Shown: positions 46,512 to 60,369 of the stretch, in pieces
How the letters are laid out: each line of letters begins with the position of its first letter
Numbering within the stretch: the stretch's first letter is position 1
Source of the DNA: the human T2T-CHM13v2.0 reference genome, Homo sapiens
Assembly (NCBI RefSeq): GCF_009914755.1
Contig: NC_060928.1
DNA: 64,000 bases
Direction: 5' to 3' (one strand)
Program-made: the position numbers and the translations under genes
Notes under the pieces: model-generated
Seen by the model: the letters and a program-made list of their open reading frames with translations, nothing else
Database searches by the model: none
What the model was told of the DNA's origin: nothing

Positions 46512-47139
46512 TGTACATGAATTTTTTTTGTGTTCTTTTCCTAGGGTACTTTTTTATCATTGCAACATATCCCCATCAACTTCACCATCATCTATGAATA
46601 TGTGTGATCATTATTAGCATCACCGTTAGCGTTGTGATCACTTAGAAGACATTGTGGTTGTCATCAGCAGCAGCAATAAATTTATTTCTATAGTCCTGTT
46701 ACTAAATTTACATAAACTATTGTTACCAGGCAATAAAGTAAGGTGGAGCTGAATGAATTTTTTATGTTTCAACTTTCTGTTTCTCATCACTCAGTATAAT
46801 TCTTCCTGCCAATCTTGGAAAGACCTTTCCCTCCACTGAAGGGGGGAAGATATGTCTCTCTTTTTCTATTTCCACATTTTCAACTGTGTATCAGTTTGTA
46901 ACAATAAAACTGCAGGGGGAATGGAATGCATAGCTGGGGAGAACTGGACAGGGAGTGAAAAGACCATATTAGCCCAACTCAGCCAAATTGCATAACCTTT
47001 CTTAAATCATTTAACTTTTCAGATTGTTAGGAAATCAGACCTTTCAATCTCTAGAGTTCTTTCTAATTCTTAAATTTTATGAAGCTAGTTGAACTGGCTT
47101 GTCATGGGCAGAATTATATATATTGTTTGGTATGATTGC

Positions 47140-47767
<628 letters not shown>

Positions 47768-48723
47768 TGTTGGGTAAAGATGATTAAAAACAAAATCTTC
47801 TCCTATTAATGCAAAAAATAAAAATAAATAAATAAATAAAAAATATTGTAAAGAGGTTTATTCTGAGCCAATATGAGCAACTGCATCCTGGAGAAAAATA
47901 CAAATCCAAGAAGCCTTGACTAAGTGGCCCCGAGGTGGTTGGGTTACAGTTTTGGTTTTATATATTTTAGGGAGACAGGATTTACAGGCAAAGACATAAA
48001 TCGATACATGGAAGGTATACATTGGGTTCAGCCCAAAAAGGTGCCACATCTGGAACTGGACACTTACAAGTCATAGGTGGGTTTTAAGGATTCTTTATTT
48101 GAAAATTGGTTGGGAGAGTTAAGCTATTATCTAAAGACCTGAAGTCAATAGAAAGGAATGCTTGAGCTAAGATAAAGGGATTATGGGAGCCAAGGCCCTT
48201 GTTATATAGATGAAGCCTCATAGGAAGCGGACCAGCAGAAAGAATAAACAGAAAATGTCTGTTTTTAGAGTTTGAAAGGTATGAGATTCTCAAATAATGT
48301 CTCCTAGATCTAGGAAAGGCCTAGAAACGGAAGGCCTGGCTACATTAATGGAGATTCTCAACAGATGCAAATTTCCCTCACAAAAGACAGCTTTGCAGGG
48401 TCATTTCAAAATCTGTCAAAGAAAGATATTTTGGCCTAAAATATTTTGATGTCCTTCAGGGTCTACTGTCTGTCTTTTGATGCTATACCAGTCAGTTTGG
48501 AAGGTAAGCCATATTATACCAGGTTAATTTTTTGAAAACCCTGTTTAATGAGATTTTATAGTTTGTAGGGTACAACTTAAACCTGGCCTTGCATAGCCTT
48601 AGGTCTTGTTTATAATTTGGTACCTTAATGCCACAAATCATATGTTTTGTTAGTCTTATGATCTCTATTTTACTATTAATGCTGCTCAGTTGTGCTTAAA
48701 CTCAAAAAGGGAGGGAGTATAAC

Positions 48724-49993
48724 TATTATTGGCAGAACATATGAGAGTCACGCAGCACCTAAATAGGTTCCTGGTGGTGAATCTGTATGGGTCTGCAGAA
48801 ACCTCAATCCTTGCCTCCTCAGAAGAAAGAATTCAACTAGGGCATAAGACAGAGTGAGAGATCACGGCAAGTTTTAAAGCAGGAGTGAAAGTTTATCAGA
48901 AAGCTTTACAGCAGAAAAGAAAGTAAGATAAACTTGGAAGAGGGCTGAGTAGGCAACTTGAGAGGCCAAGTAAGGCAACTTGAGGGATCAAGTGCACATT
49001 TGGACCTTTTGACTTAAGGTTTTATACGTAGATATGCTTCTTCCCTTGGGGTGGACTGTCCGCATGAGCGGTGGCCCTGCTAGGATTTGAGAGGGCCACA
49101 TGAGCAGTGTGTTTACCGAAGTTGTATGCATGCTCACTTGAGGCATTCTTCCCTTGCCAGTTGAATGCTCCTTGAAGGTCATATACCTGTTAAACTCCAC
49201 CATTTTGCCTTTTAGTGCACATGCTTGAGCCCACTCGCCCAAATCCTGAGACCTTATCAGGAAGCTGCTGATTACCAGTTTCAGATTATTTTCTACTGGG
49301 AGACTGCTCTTCCCTGGCTCTGGCTGGGACCAATTATTATTAGTGAAGCAGCTACATTGTCTGAGGTATATACCCTGGGGTTCGTTGTCCCAGTCAGGAA
49401 AATGTAGGACATGGACACACAGGAGGAGTTTAGGAGTAGAGCTTTAACAGGGAGAAGAGAAGAGAAAGAGAAACAGCTTTATAGAGAAAGGGATCTCCAA
49501 GCAGAAAGGACCGGCTGGCGGCAGATGTGCCAAATTTTATAGTCAGGTTTGAGGAGGCGGTGTCTTATTTAAGTAGAGCTCACATATTGGTTCAATCAGG
49601 TATGACGTTTACATAGCGCCCGGGGAAGGCTGGTCGCCCCATTCTAATCTTATTATGCACACAGGCTTTCCAGTTGATCGCTGCCATCTTCAAAATGTCT
49701 AGGCCCTAGTTCCTGCCGGCATTCACCCGTGCAAGCTCCCAGCTTGCTTGTCTGTCTGCAGCTTGACTTTACAGGGCGTTCTTTGTTAGAAAATGATTTG
49801 GGGCTGCTTTTCATTAAAGAGAAAAGACTTACCGAGGACTCCTATACCCTTACCATCTGCCTAAGTGATTTCTTCTTAACTCTTGTATCATCAGGACCGC
49901 CTGACCACCATCTGATGATCGCTTGACATTCCTGGTGGGGGAGGGGAGCCCTCTGCTACCCTGCTCATGCCTGACTAGCTACATACTCTAACA
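48724..49993 (-). mobile_element. MER50 ERV1 solo LTR (pieces 48724-49343 and 49891-49993)
   Basis: gggtctgcagaaacctcaatccttgcctcctcagaagaaagaattc...ctgactagctacatactctaaca; TSD taac/taat. Confidence 0.85.
49344..49890 (-). mobile_element. LTR9-family (HUERS-P3-type) ERV1 solo LTR, innermost layer
   Basis: Minus strand begins TGATACAAGAGTTAAGAAGAAATCACTTAGGCAG and ends GCTGCTTCA; TSD ttag/tcag. Confidence 0.8.
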
Positions 49994-50176
49994 TAATGAG
50001 GCATTTCAGACCTCCCTGCCTATCATGGCGAGAACTTTGTTTTTCGGGTTTCTCTGGGGTCCCCTTGGCCAAGGTGGGGGTTCTGTTCAGTCAGTTGTGG
50101 GACTTAGGATTTTGTTTTCAGTTACATTCCCAACCCAGAAAACTTTTCCACAAAGGTAGAAAGAAACAGCTGTGCT

Positions 50177-50494
<318 letters not shown>

Positions 50495-51214
50495 TCATTA
50501 AACCGGAATGCGATTTGCATCACAGGGAATTCTTTAAAAAGATTTCAAAGTCAACAAGAAATCCCACCCTTTTCTATAGCCAGCAAACACAACCAATTAC
50601 GTGCACATGCTCAGGATAAAAAATAAGTGGTCCTCAAGAAGACTTGACAGCACAATTTGTCACACATAGTTCATCCTAAATTTACCTGCTGATTGGGTTG
50701 TAAGCTAATTGGCTTTATCCAAAAGCTAAGTAAACTTTTCATTGTTTCTGTCATAGAAGGTGGTTTTGGTGCCCAACATTTTAGGCTCCTGTGCGCCCAT
50801 GCAAACTGGAAGATAGGGGCGCTGTCTTCCTTGATGACTGCATTTTAAAGAGCTGGCTCCCAGGCCCTTGATAAGTCATTCCTGAGTTTTAAAGCTTCCT
50901 GGGTCGTAGAGACTTAGCTTTAGCTTTTAAAATGATTTAAATAAATTTCAAAGCGACAGAGAAAGAACTCAGAATCACAAGTTTTCAAAAGTAAATGGTT
51001 TGAGAAAACAGAGACAGGGTAAGATGAGGGTAGTTTCAAGGGAGTCTCTTTTCTTCAACAGGGAGAATTAAGTGAACTGTTTTTCATCTGCATTTGCCCT
51101 TCCGCTATCTGTACTGCCAATACTGGAAATGCAGAAATTATATAGGAGTATGCTACCTCTTTGCCTTTCTGTTAAAAGGATCTTCTAATGAAGATGTTGA
51201 AGATGAAGATAATG

Positions 51215-51440
51215 CAATGCTTGCACAATACTATTACTTTACATTCTGGAGTGTTATTCAGGTATCAAAGGGCTAGTTTGTATAAAAATTTATTGGCTCC
51301 TCACAACAACCCTATGAAATAGATACAACTACCTTCCCTTTGATATCATTTGTACCCATTATGATGCAAAAATAGAGAAGTAAAGACATGCCCGAGAGGT
51401 GGAGCCAGGAGTTCAACTCAAGGAGATCGATTTCTTAGTT
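51215..51440 (-). mobile_element. MIR SINE
   Basis: cctcacaacaaccctatgaaatag...ggtggagccaggagttcaactca. Confidence 0.7.
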
Positions 51441-52769
51441 CCAATAAGCTGCTTCCACAGTTGCCAGTTTCTCTGGTGGCTACAGAAAGCTGTTGTGCCA
51501 CTTGGCTCACAGGACCAGATCCTGGTATAGGTTTTTTTCCTCAACAGCCTGTATCTGTGGAGTATATGAAGCCAGATTTAGATCCATTTCCATGTCTCCT
51601 TGCCTCTTTCCCTTCCTGTCTTCTCTGGTTTTCCTGGTCTCAGGAAACACAATATACTAATTTCATGCCATGATTTTACTTACACAAGATTGGCTTCGTG
51701 GTTCCACATCTCTGCTATGAGTTGTGGTTCTCAAGGGTCCTGTTTATCTTCTTTGACTCTCCCAATCCAAACTTCCTACCCATTATAAATATTCTCATCT
51801 GCCACCTGCTACAGTCCTCATCCAAACTCTCCTGTTAACCTGCACAGTGGGGAGGTATGCTGGAAGAAAAGAACAATTAAATAAACAAATAGGGTCACTT
51901 TTTAAGCAGCAGTTTACATTCCTTCCTTCTCCTTTCATACATATATATTATTTGTCTTCCTCTTCTTCTAAGGAGAAGAGGGCTTAAGGAAAATACAATT
52001 ACTTTTTTTCTCTAGAGGATTCTTTTGGTATTTAAAATAAAGTTCTGGTATTTCAAATGAAGTGGGAATACTTTTGCTTTCCTAGCATGAACAGTTCTTA
52101 ATGACTCTTCAAACATTTCACCTCTACCATATGTACAGTATGAAGGTAAGAGATAACTGTGGAATTGTATGTGTGAAGAAATAAAATCTCAATTGCATAT
52201 ACATAGAGACCTGTGAAATCTAACTAGCCATCTGTTTCATACTACTCAAGAGATTCTAGAGTTTCTTACATTCCTCAGATTTTGATTTATGTTTATTGAA
52301 TCATGAATTATACTTCTGCAAATTATCCCAGGTTTTTCCCAATGCTTATATCAGTGAATATATAGTCACAGAGGGAAACTAGAGATTTATGCATGCTTGT
52401 ATGGTCTACTGTTAAGATATATGTGACATCTTAAACTTTGCTACTTTGCTCCTCCAGTGGATAATTTTAAAAATTCTTGCATATTGGTAACATGATTTAT
52501 AATAATTTTAGTTCTAAGAAATAAGTATTTAATGGACAACACAGACATTACTAAATGTATAATGGGGTGGGGGGGTAACTAAGGCCCCAGAGGTAATATG
52601 ATATGGCTACAGCAGTTCAGAGTTCCCGAAGCTAGCAAATTGCCTTATTTCTCTACTTTATAATTTCTTTCACTCTGTAAGAGCTGTGAAGAAAAAAGGT
52701 GAAGATCCGTGGGTAAGAGAACGTGAGTGAATTTCAGTGTTGCTAACTATAGCACCAGAAAATAGACAT

Positions 52770-53112
52770 TTGAAAAGCTCAGCCACTCCTCACTTCAATC
52801 CACCTTCCACACGGTTACCAAATTATCTTCCTGATTAACCACCGTGGTTCTGTTGCATCCCAGAATCCTTGTGTGGATTTCTATAGCCTGTACAATGAGG
52901 TCCTAAGCAAGCATGGAATGGCAAGCCTTCTAAAATTCTTCCCTTATCCTTCTGGCACTTAAAACACTGCCTTTTCACTGTAATCATTTGCCCTCTGTTT
53001 ATTTCCCCTGTTTAGTTTAAACACTTGGGAAGCAGGACCTGCTCAGATCCAGCATGGTGCCAGCACGTTGTAGGCCTTTGCTAAAAGCATGGTGAATGGA
53101 TGAATGAATAAA
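52770..53112 (+). mobile_element. L2 3' end
   Basis: ccagcatggtgccagcacgttgtaggc...tgaatggatgaatgaataaat tail. Confidence 0.7.
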
Positions 53113-53329
53113 TCAGTGAGTCGATTTATATACTGACTTTTATTAACTATGACAGATGTATAATAAAAGCTTTTTCCCTAAACTGTTTAAGGAGATGCCT
53201 GTGGCCTATATATTGAGTGACAGAAGGGCCAACCTTTTTGGTAACAAACTAGGCAAAAGAATGAGACAAGATATGCAACTTACTCGTTTAGAATAGGCTT
53301 ATTACAATAGCAATCATGAAAAAAATAAT

Positions 53330-53545
53330 AGTGCTTACTTACTATTTATTAAGTGCCTACAATGTGCTAAGGTGTTATTTTGAATGTTTTAAATACATGT
53401 GTATATATAAATATGTATGTATACACAGACTTCTGCACACACATGTACATAATGCCACAACACTATGGGGAAAGAGGTATAGTCTGCATTTTATGGATGA
53501 CAAAACCGAGTCTCCCAGAAGTTAAATAACTTACTCACCCATTAC
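53330..53545 (-). mobile_element. MIR SINE
   Basis: atttattaagtgcctacaatgtgctagg-like start; cattttatggatgacaaaaccgagtc...gttaaataacttactca. Confidence 0.7.
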
Positions 53546-53764
53546 CACTCGGGAGAGAAGAAATTTTTAATGTGATAAAATTAGTAAGTTCACATGCCAT
53601 AACAGAGCTGTGTTTTACGAGAGGACAGATTTACTTATCTATTTAACAACTTTTATTGAGGTCCTACAGTATTCTAGCAGCTATGCTAGTTGAAGGGATA
53701 TGATGTTGACAAAATAGTGATCAAATTTCTACCTGCAGAATGTTGACTATTCCCATGATAGTTA

Positions 53765-53872
53765 TACTAAAAGTCCAGACTCTACCACTATGCAATATAT
53801 GCAAGAAATCTGCACTTATACCCTCTAAATCTATAAAAAATAATAAATAAATACACAAGTTTAAAAAAAAAA
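53765..53872 (+). mobile_element. Short L1PB/L1MA 3' end
   Basis: ctaaaagtccagactctaccactatgcaatatatgc...ctgcacttatccctctaaatctataaaa. Confidence 0.75.
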
Positions 53873-54149
53873 AGACTGCTATACCTGCAAAAATCACTGG
53901 GACTTAGAGTAGCCATGATTGTTTCTTCTTGCCTTCCAACCATGATAAGTAGACCTGGAAAAGGACTGTCTTCTAGGAGTAGATGCCATCCGTATCTCTC
54001 TTTCTTTTCCATTTCCTTTACACATGCCACTTCTTTGCTAAGTTAAACAAGATGTGATTTGCAAAACCGAGTCCCTTAGATTCAAGTGTGTTAGAAGCAG
54101 GAGGCTTCATTTTGGACTCAGGGCCTTATTAGAGTTTTTCAACTCCGCT

Positions 54150-54301
54150 TTATATATATATACGTATATATATACGTATATATATGCGTATATATATACG
54201 TATATATATGTGTATATATATACGTATATATATACGCATATATATACTTATATACGTATATATATACGTATATATATGTATATATATACATATATATGTA
54301 T
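54150..54301. repeat. (TATATATACGTA)n-type minisatellite
   Basis: Repeated 12-mer with variants, at an L1 tail. Confidence 0.9.
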
Positions 54302-54540
54302 AATTGTAAAATATACACAACATTAAATGTATCTTCTCAATAATTTTTAAGCGTACAGTTCAGTGGCATTAAGCACACTCACATTGTTGTGCAGTCATCA
54401 CCCATCCGTGACCAGAGCTCTTTTCATGTTGTGAAACTGAAACTCTATGCGTTCAACAATAGCTCCCCAAGCTCACTTTCCCCCAGCTCCTGGCAGCCAC
54501 CATTCTACCCTCGGTCTCTAAGAATTTGACTACTCTACTT
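54302..54540 (-). mobile_element. L1MB 3' end
   Basis: tttaagcgtacagttcagtggcattaag...gaaactgaaactctat...ctggcagccaccattctac...gaatttgactactcta. Confidence 0.88.
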
Positions 54541-55438
54541 ATCAACAAAACTATTATAGGAAAGTCATCTGTCAGTGAACACTAGTGGTTTATTTGGCTG
54601 TTGTCAAATCTTTGAGATGTTTCCCATTGGGAATCAGTTGCCTCAAAGGGGTGGGAAGTGTGAGCAGTGGTTAGAATGCAGGCCTTGAAGGTGGGTCCCT
54701 GCCTATAATGCCATCATCATAGCACCAGAATGGAAACTCTGATTCCATACCAATATTGATAGAATTGGTTTCAGACCTATCAGACTGATGCAAGCCAGGG
54801 CTTGAGTCAATATAAAGTTGTCTTCTTTTGGGGTGCTCATCTATTTTGAGCAGATTTTTCTTGAATAAACCCAATTTGATCTTCAAAAGACCAACCCTTC
54901 TGCCACTCTCTGTGGGCCACAGGCACACTCCCAAAGAATATGTAGCTGGGGGAGGGAAGCATATTTTAATTATGAAGTCGACCCAAAGCATATATATGCA
55001 TTGATTCATTGATTTCTTTTTTATACCTGCAACACCATGTGAAAAGTTCATGAGTAACTCAGCAACCTTTAGATCATTTTTTTTCCTCCTGAAGACAATC
55101 TCACTTACTTCCTCTTATTCTCTAGAACTAATGATGTGACCTGATCTCTTTATGACATTTTTTATTAAATTTAACTATAAAAATTTCAAATGTTAATGGC
55201 TGTGACCCTGTAGATTTTTCTCTCCTTCACAACGCTGATAGAAATATAACTTTTCATTCAGGGAATCTATATTTCTGCTCTGCCTCTCAGTGTTTAAGCC
55301 AGCTGCCCACTGTGCTAAGTCAACCTTCCCAGAAGCTAATCTGTCATTCTCAAGTGGCCTTGCTTCTGAAATTGATTTGATGCTCTAGCAGTAAAGAGCC
55401 CCAGTGGTAGTGCAAGCTGTACAGTTTAACAACCACTT

Positions 55439-55469
55439 GGGGTGGGGCTTGTCCGGTTGCCATGGAAAC
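55439..55469. promoter_or_regulatory. RFX X-box (55456-55469) with adjacent Sp/KLF GT-box
   Basis: GTTGCCATGGAAAC matches GTNRCC-AT-GGYAAC except at one position; GGGGTGGGGC at 55439-55448. Confidence 0.6.
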
Positions 55470-56489
55470 TATGACTTTGTATGTCTGCTCTGGAGACAAG
55501 AAAGACAAATGACTTGTGTATTAATCTATTGAGGATGTGAGGATCCCAGATAAAATGAGTCCTACAGAACACGGAGAAGGTTCTATAAATTAATGGTGTG
55601 GGTTTTTGGGTTTTGGTTTTAGGTTTTAATATGTCGATGTCAATGAAGGTTAAAAGAATTATGTCTCCACCTGATAGCTTTCCTGGAGAAGTATTTGCTT
55701 TATATTTTTATAAAAACTCTTTGATTTTAGCCATAAATGTAAAAGATAAACATAACATTCTGCAAGACCTTCACCACTCCAGGTGATATGTGGCTGTTGA
55801 AGGAAGGTACTGCACATTTACATAACAAAATGAGGCTATTAGGGGACAAGTCACTTGTTTATTTAAGAGAACGAAGGGCAGGACAATTATATTAACATGA
55901 TTCTCATAGGAATGCACATTGTCAATGTTAACAAATGGTTTTAAGCTAAAGCCCCCGGTACATGGTATGTGGTTTAATTTTAGTTGTATAAACATTAGAG
56001 CAATCTAAAGTTTAAATTACATTTTGGTTATACTTTAGACTCCATTATCCAGGAAAATGTAATTTTAGCCTCTATAAATATGAACAAAAATCAAATCTAA
56101 TGATTGCTTTCATATTTATAACATCCTTTCCTAAGTTCACATTGCCCAGCTAAGACAACACAGTAGAACAAATGTAAAGAGCAACTAATTAGATCTTACC
56201 CATTTTCCAGTTTATGTTTAGATTTAGTCTTCTAAGTGTTTTCAGAAAGTAGTATCAGAAAAATGTAAACAACAAAAAACTGAAGATCTCTGCATCTTTT
56301 TGTATGTATATGTTTTTCCAATAAAATGTAAATAATAATCAGGATTTTTTTCAGGCTCCTTTTAAAACAATATTTTATGTTATAAAATCTTAATGTTGTT
56401 TCTCTATTATTTCAATCACTATTTAAGTAGATACTGAAGTACTAGGTAAATGTTTTTGTTTTGTTTGTTATTTATATTGTATTTTAATT

Positions 56490-56690
56490 TTTAAGCCAAT
56501 ATTATTGAAATATAATTTTCCCTTTGAGATGTATAGTTCCAGGAATTTTGACCAATGCCCATAGTCATGTATCCAGCAACATTAACATATGGAATATTTG
56601 CATGGTGCCAAAATGTTTCTTTGTGCCTCTTTGTAGTCAATTCCTTTTCCCAACTCCCAGTCCCTGGCAATAACTTGCATCGTTTTTATC
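56490..56690 (-). mobile_element. L1ME 3' fragment
   Basis: attgaaatataatt...gtgcctctttgtagtcaattcc...ccagtccctggcaa. Confidence 0.7.
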
Positions 56691-57149
56691 TTTGGCTGTT
56701 ATTGAAGGGAGTGTTGTGGTCAGTAGATTGCAGGCCTGGAAAGTAGCATATAGGAGAGCACATAAATGATTTTTGTATCCTACATTTTTCTGACACTCTT
56801 ACCACATTGTACTGCAAAGCAGTTTAAACTTCCTAACCCTAGTTTCTCTAGGAGACTGCCTACTGCCTAACGTGTGCCTTTTGACCTAACTTCACTTGTG
56901 TTACCTTACGCATGTCATTTAACTTTGTTGTCATTATCTTATATGAGATCAATTACTAAGTGATATCTAAAATTTAAAAGTGTTTAATTTTAATTTAATG
57001 TAGAATCTAATTTGTAAAGGAAATTCTAAAAGTTGTGTAGGTTGTTTTTCCTCTACCTACCACAATGCAATTTAAAAAAAAAAATAACAAAATGTTGCTT
57101 ATTTTCTTTGTGTCTTCATCTCCAAAATGTTCTCTTCACAGTAATGCAC

Positions 57150-58030
57150 ACAAGCTAGTTCTGAGTAATCAATTTTTTAAACAATATTACAAATCTATTT
57201 TTAAGTACAAAAGTATTGTAATTGGGCTAAAAAACAAATAGCACACTGTAAATGCTAAAAATCAAAGTGCCTGTCTCACCCTTTCTTACCTTCCACCCCT
57301 AGACGATACAAATGTTAAGAGTTCAACAAGCATTCTGCCAGCCTTTCCGTTTATAAATAACATTTTTAAATAAAAACAATGCAAAAATGAGAGAGAAATC
57401 TATAAATTGCTGTTTATCACAAATATCTTTCCGTGTCAGTAATATAACTTCCTTTATTCTCCACTGGATAGTTTTCCACAGTAAAGTTTCATCATAATTA
57501 ACATTGAAGCAGTGATGAACATGCAGTTTGCTTCAATTTTTTCTCATATGTATATCTTGCATATATTTATCACAAATATACATATATTTTTCTCATATAT
57601 ACATATATAGTTGTACAATTACATGACTATTTCTTATAGTAAAGATTTCAGGAGGTAAGATTGTTGGGACAAATTATCTGTGCATTTGAAATGTTGATAG
57701 CACTATCCAATTGCCATCCAAAACGAATATTCATTATACTCCCATTGATAGTGTGAGAGTTCCCGCTTTCTCATACCCTCACCACAAAGGATATCATCAA
57801 TTCTTTTAATTATAGTCAGTCTGATAGGGAAAATATAGTGCATCATTGTTATTTAAAGTTATAGTTTCCTCATTAGTGAGTTTGAGCATCTGTTTAGAAG
57901 TTTGTTAGAGATTTATATTTACTCTTCTGTGAAGGTTCAGGATATAGTCAGTGCCTGGTTATGTTGCTTGGGTTGTCAGTCTTTTTACCATTGATGTGAA
58001 GGATCACTTTGCATTTTAGGCAAATTAGCT
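57150..58030 (-). mobile_element. L1ME fragment
   Basis: ccaattgccatccaaaac...tactccca...gagagttccc...ctcaccac...tttgagcatctgttt. Confidence 0.7.
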
Positions 58031-58062
58031 CTAAATTTTAAACTGCAAATTGCAATTTAAAA

Positions 58063-58233
58063 TTTATTTTATTTTATTTTATTTTAGAGACAGGATCTTG
58101 CTCTATCACTCAGGCTGGAATGCAGTAGTGTGATTATAGCTCACTGCAGCCTCAAACTCCTGGGCTCCAGCCATCCCCCAGCCTCAGCCTCTCATGTAGG
58201 CAGCACTACGGGTGTGCATCACCATGCCCAGCT
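58063..58233 (-). mobile_element. Alu monomer (FRAM or AluJ right arm)
   Basis: atagctcactgcagcctcaaactcctgggctc...caccatgcccagct, single arm. Confidence 0.88.
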
Positions 58234-58319
58234 CATTGCAAATATTTTCTCTGAATTTACCTTTATCTTTAACTTTATTCAAGTATCAAAGACTGAATTG
58301 TTCATGTTTTTTCAAGAAT

Positions 58320-58612
58320 AGTGGTTCCCAAATCATCTACAGATTAGGTTTACCAAGGAGCTTTTATAAAAAGACTACAGTCTGAGCCCCCACATATTTA
58401 GGTTTAATTGACTGAGGTGACATTGAAACATAGTCCCGCAGGAGATACTAAACTGTGGACAGGGTTGAGAACTTCTTATTGGGCATACAAATCACTTGGG
58501 GATTTGGTTAAAGCACAGGTGCTAGAGTGAAGACTGAGAGCTGATACTTCTAATTTACTCTAGGAGATGTGCATGCTACTGATCTATAGCACATACTTTG
58601 AATAGCAAGGAT
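58320..58612. mobile_element. Two adjacent MER5-family MITE relics
   Basis: agtggttcccaaa...cagggttgagaac followed by aatcacttggggatttggttaaa...cacatactttgaatagcaagg. Confidence 0.65.
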
Positions 58613-60282
58613 TTAGAGTGTCTGATTTTGGTTTTTGCTTAAGAAGACTTTCCTTACTTTGGATTATAAAACGTTTTTTCTTCTATGTTTTGTTCTAGTA
58701 TGTTCTATCATTTTAATTGAAATTATAAATACTCACTTTATTTTCTAAGAATAAATTAGGAATCTAATTCTATTCTTTTAAATCAAACTCCAACCAATTA
58801 CACCCCATTGATTAGGTACATGTAAAAATTTTGATATAATTTCAGAGTAACATAATATATTTGTATTGTTCTTTTAAACGTCTTCAGAAAATTCACATAT
58901 TGACAAAAGTAGAATATTTTTAAAATAATATAAATAAATTTTAAAATCATAAAATTCATCTTTCTGTCCATTTGATCTTTAAATTTCAAATATGTTTATG
59001 CTAACAATGTAAATACGACTTAAAATTAAAAACCAAATTCCTGAAAAAGAAGAATGGAGGATGTGATCAGTATGTTAGTTTCCATCTTTATCAATGTTTG
59101 TGGACACTCCATAGGATACAGCAACAACCTCAGTCTGTAACAGTAATTTGGTAGGAGGAATGCTATTGTTTGGAAGAATATACTACCAACATAAACTAGC
59201 TTCTGCTAAGCTCAGGGTACAAAATCTTTCTTTTAACATTGTAATAAAACGCCTACAGAACTGAGGATTTTCAAATACCTGTATGAGGATGTTGATGATG
59301 TTGATATCTACAAGGTAAACAATGGGGGTGTTTTATGCAAAGATAATTTAAGGTACTCAATTCATGCAAGAATGTAAAGAAAAATTCAAGTGTGCAAGAG
59401 TTTAACCCAAGCTGATAAGTCAGTCGTATAAAAAGAAATGAAAACTGAAATAAGAAAGTCTTATAACTTTCATTAAATTATCTCACTATGTAAATACTTT
59501 TTCTAAAGAGATAAATGATTACTGAATAAATGAGCTGTACCCCAGAATAAATTTTACTAATTTAGCCTCGCTACTTTCCATTATGATATCCTAGTAGAAA
59601 TAAATTTTCGTTGAATAATCTAGCCCTTGGGAACTCAATAGATACGTATCTTTTTCTCTGTGAAGTCACAGCTCATTTAATGAAATTGGCCACCAACGCC
59701 CAGTTACATCTTTCATGCATTTTTAATGAATTGTAATTTCTTGAGCTAGAGATTCAAAGAATCTCGTTTTGCATCTAAAATTATGTTCTTCAAAGTTTTG
59801 GTAGCTAAATCGGAAAGTTCTATAGCCCAAGATTCTTGTTATTAAAAGAACAATGACTTTGAATTGCCAGTGCAAATATATATTTTTTCTGCTGAACTAG
59901 AAATATCATTCTTTAAAAAGCCATGAAAAATAAAAGTCAATGCTGAAGGTATTTAATTATATATAACCTTTAGTTAATAAGAAACCAATGTTTGTTTTAC
60001 TAAAACATAAAGTCCAAATTTCGTGATTGTTTTGCTTGTTTGTTTAATAGCAAACATTGAAAGACAAAATACATTTTTAGGATCAAAACATGTCTACCCG
60101 CTCTATATACTAGGTCATGCACAAATTGTTTTTCTAAAGGTATCAATTATCCCTTCTTAAAAACTTACGTGTGAGAGTTAATCTTAAAAGTCAATGTTAA
60201 AAGCGTTTTTTTTTTTTAATTCTATATTGCTTTTTCCTGTAGGGTTACTGATAACTAATATCAACAGGAGAATATCGTTATA

Positions 60283-60369
60283 TTAGGCTGGTGCAAAAGT
60301 AATTGCAGTAAAAAAAAAAAAAAAAAAAAAAAAAACGTAAAAACCGCAATTACTTTTGCACCAACCTAA
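60283..60369. mobile_element. MADE1 (Hsmar1 MITE; miR-548-type hairpin) with an A26 centre
   Basis: TIRs ttaggctggtgcaaaagtaattgc / gcaattacttttgcaccaacctaa; TA TSD at 60281-60282 and 60370-60371. Confidence 0.95.

Larger units (their letters stand above)
47804..50126 (-). mobile_element. MER4D-like ERV1 solo LTR (pieces 47804-48723 and 49994-50126)
   Basis: gtttattctgagccaatatgag...aaaagacagctttgcaggg...gggagtataac joins taatgaggc...ttttcagttaca; TSD ctcc/ttcc. Confidence 0.85.

Noticed and set aside
54671-55051. 126-aa ORF in unique DNA near the X-box
   Set aside because: No recognisable domain or homology; cannot be distinguished from a chance ORF without PhyloCSF or ribosome profiling.
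59259-59314. Possible small exon (cag/AACTGAGG...TACAAG/gtaaac)
   Set aside because: The acceptor lacks an adjacent polypyrimidine tract and the peptide is unrecognised.
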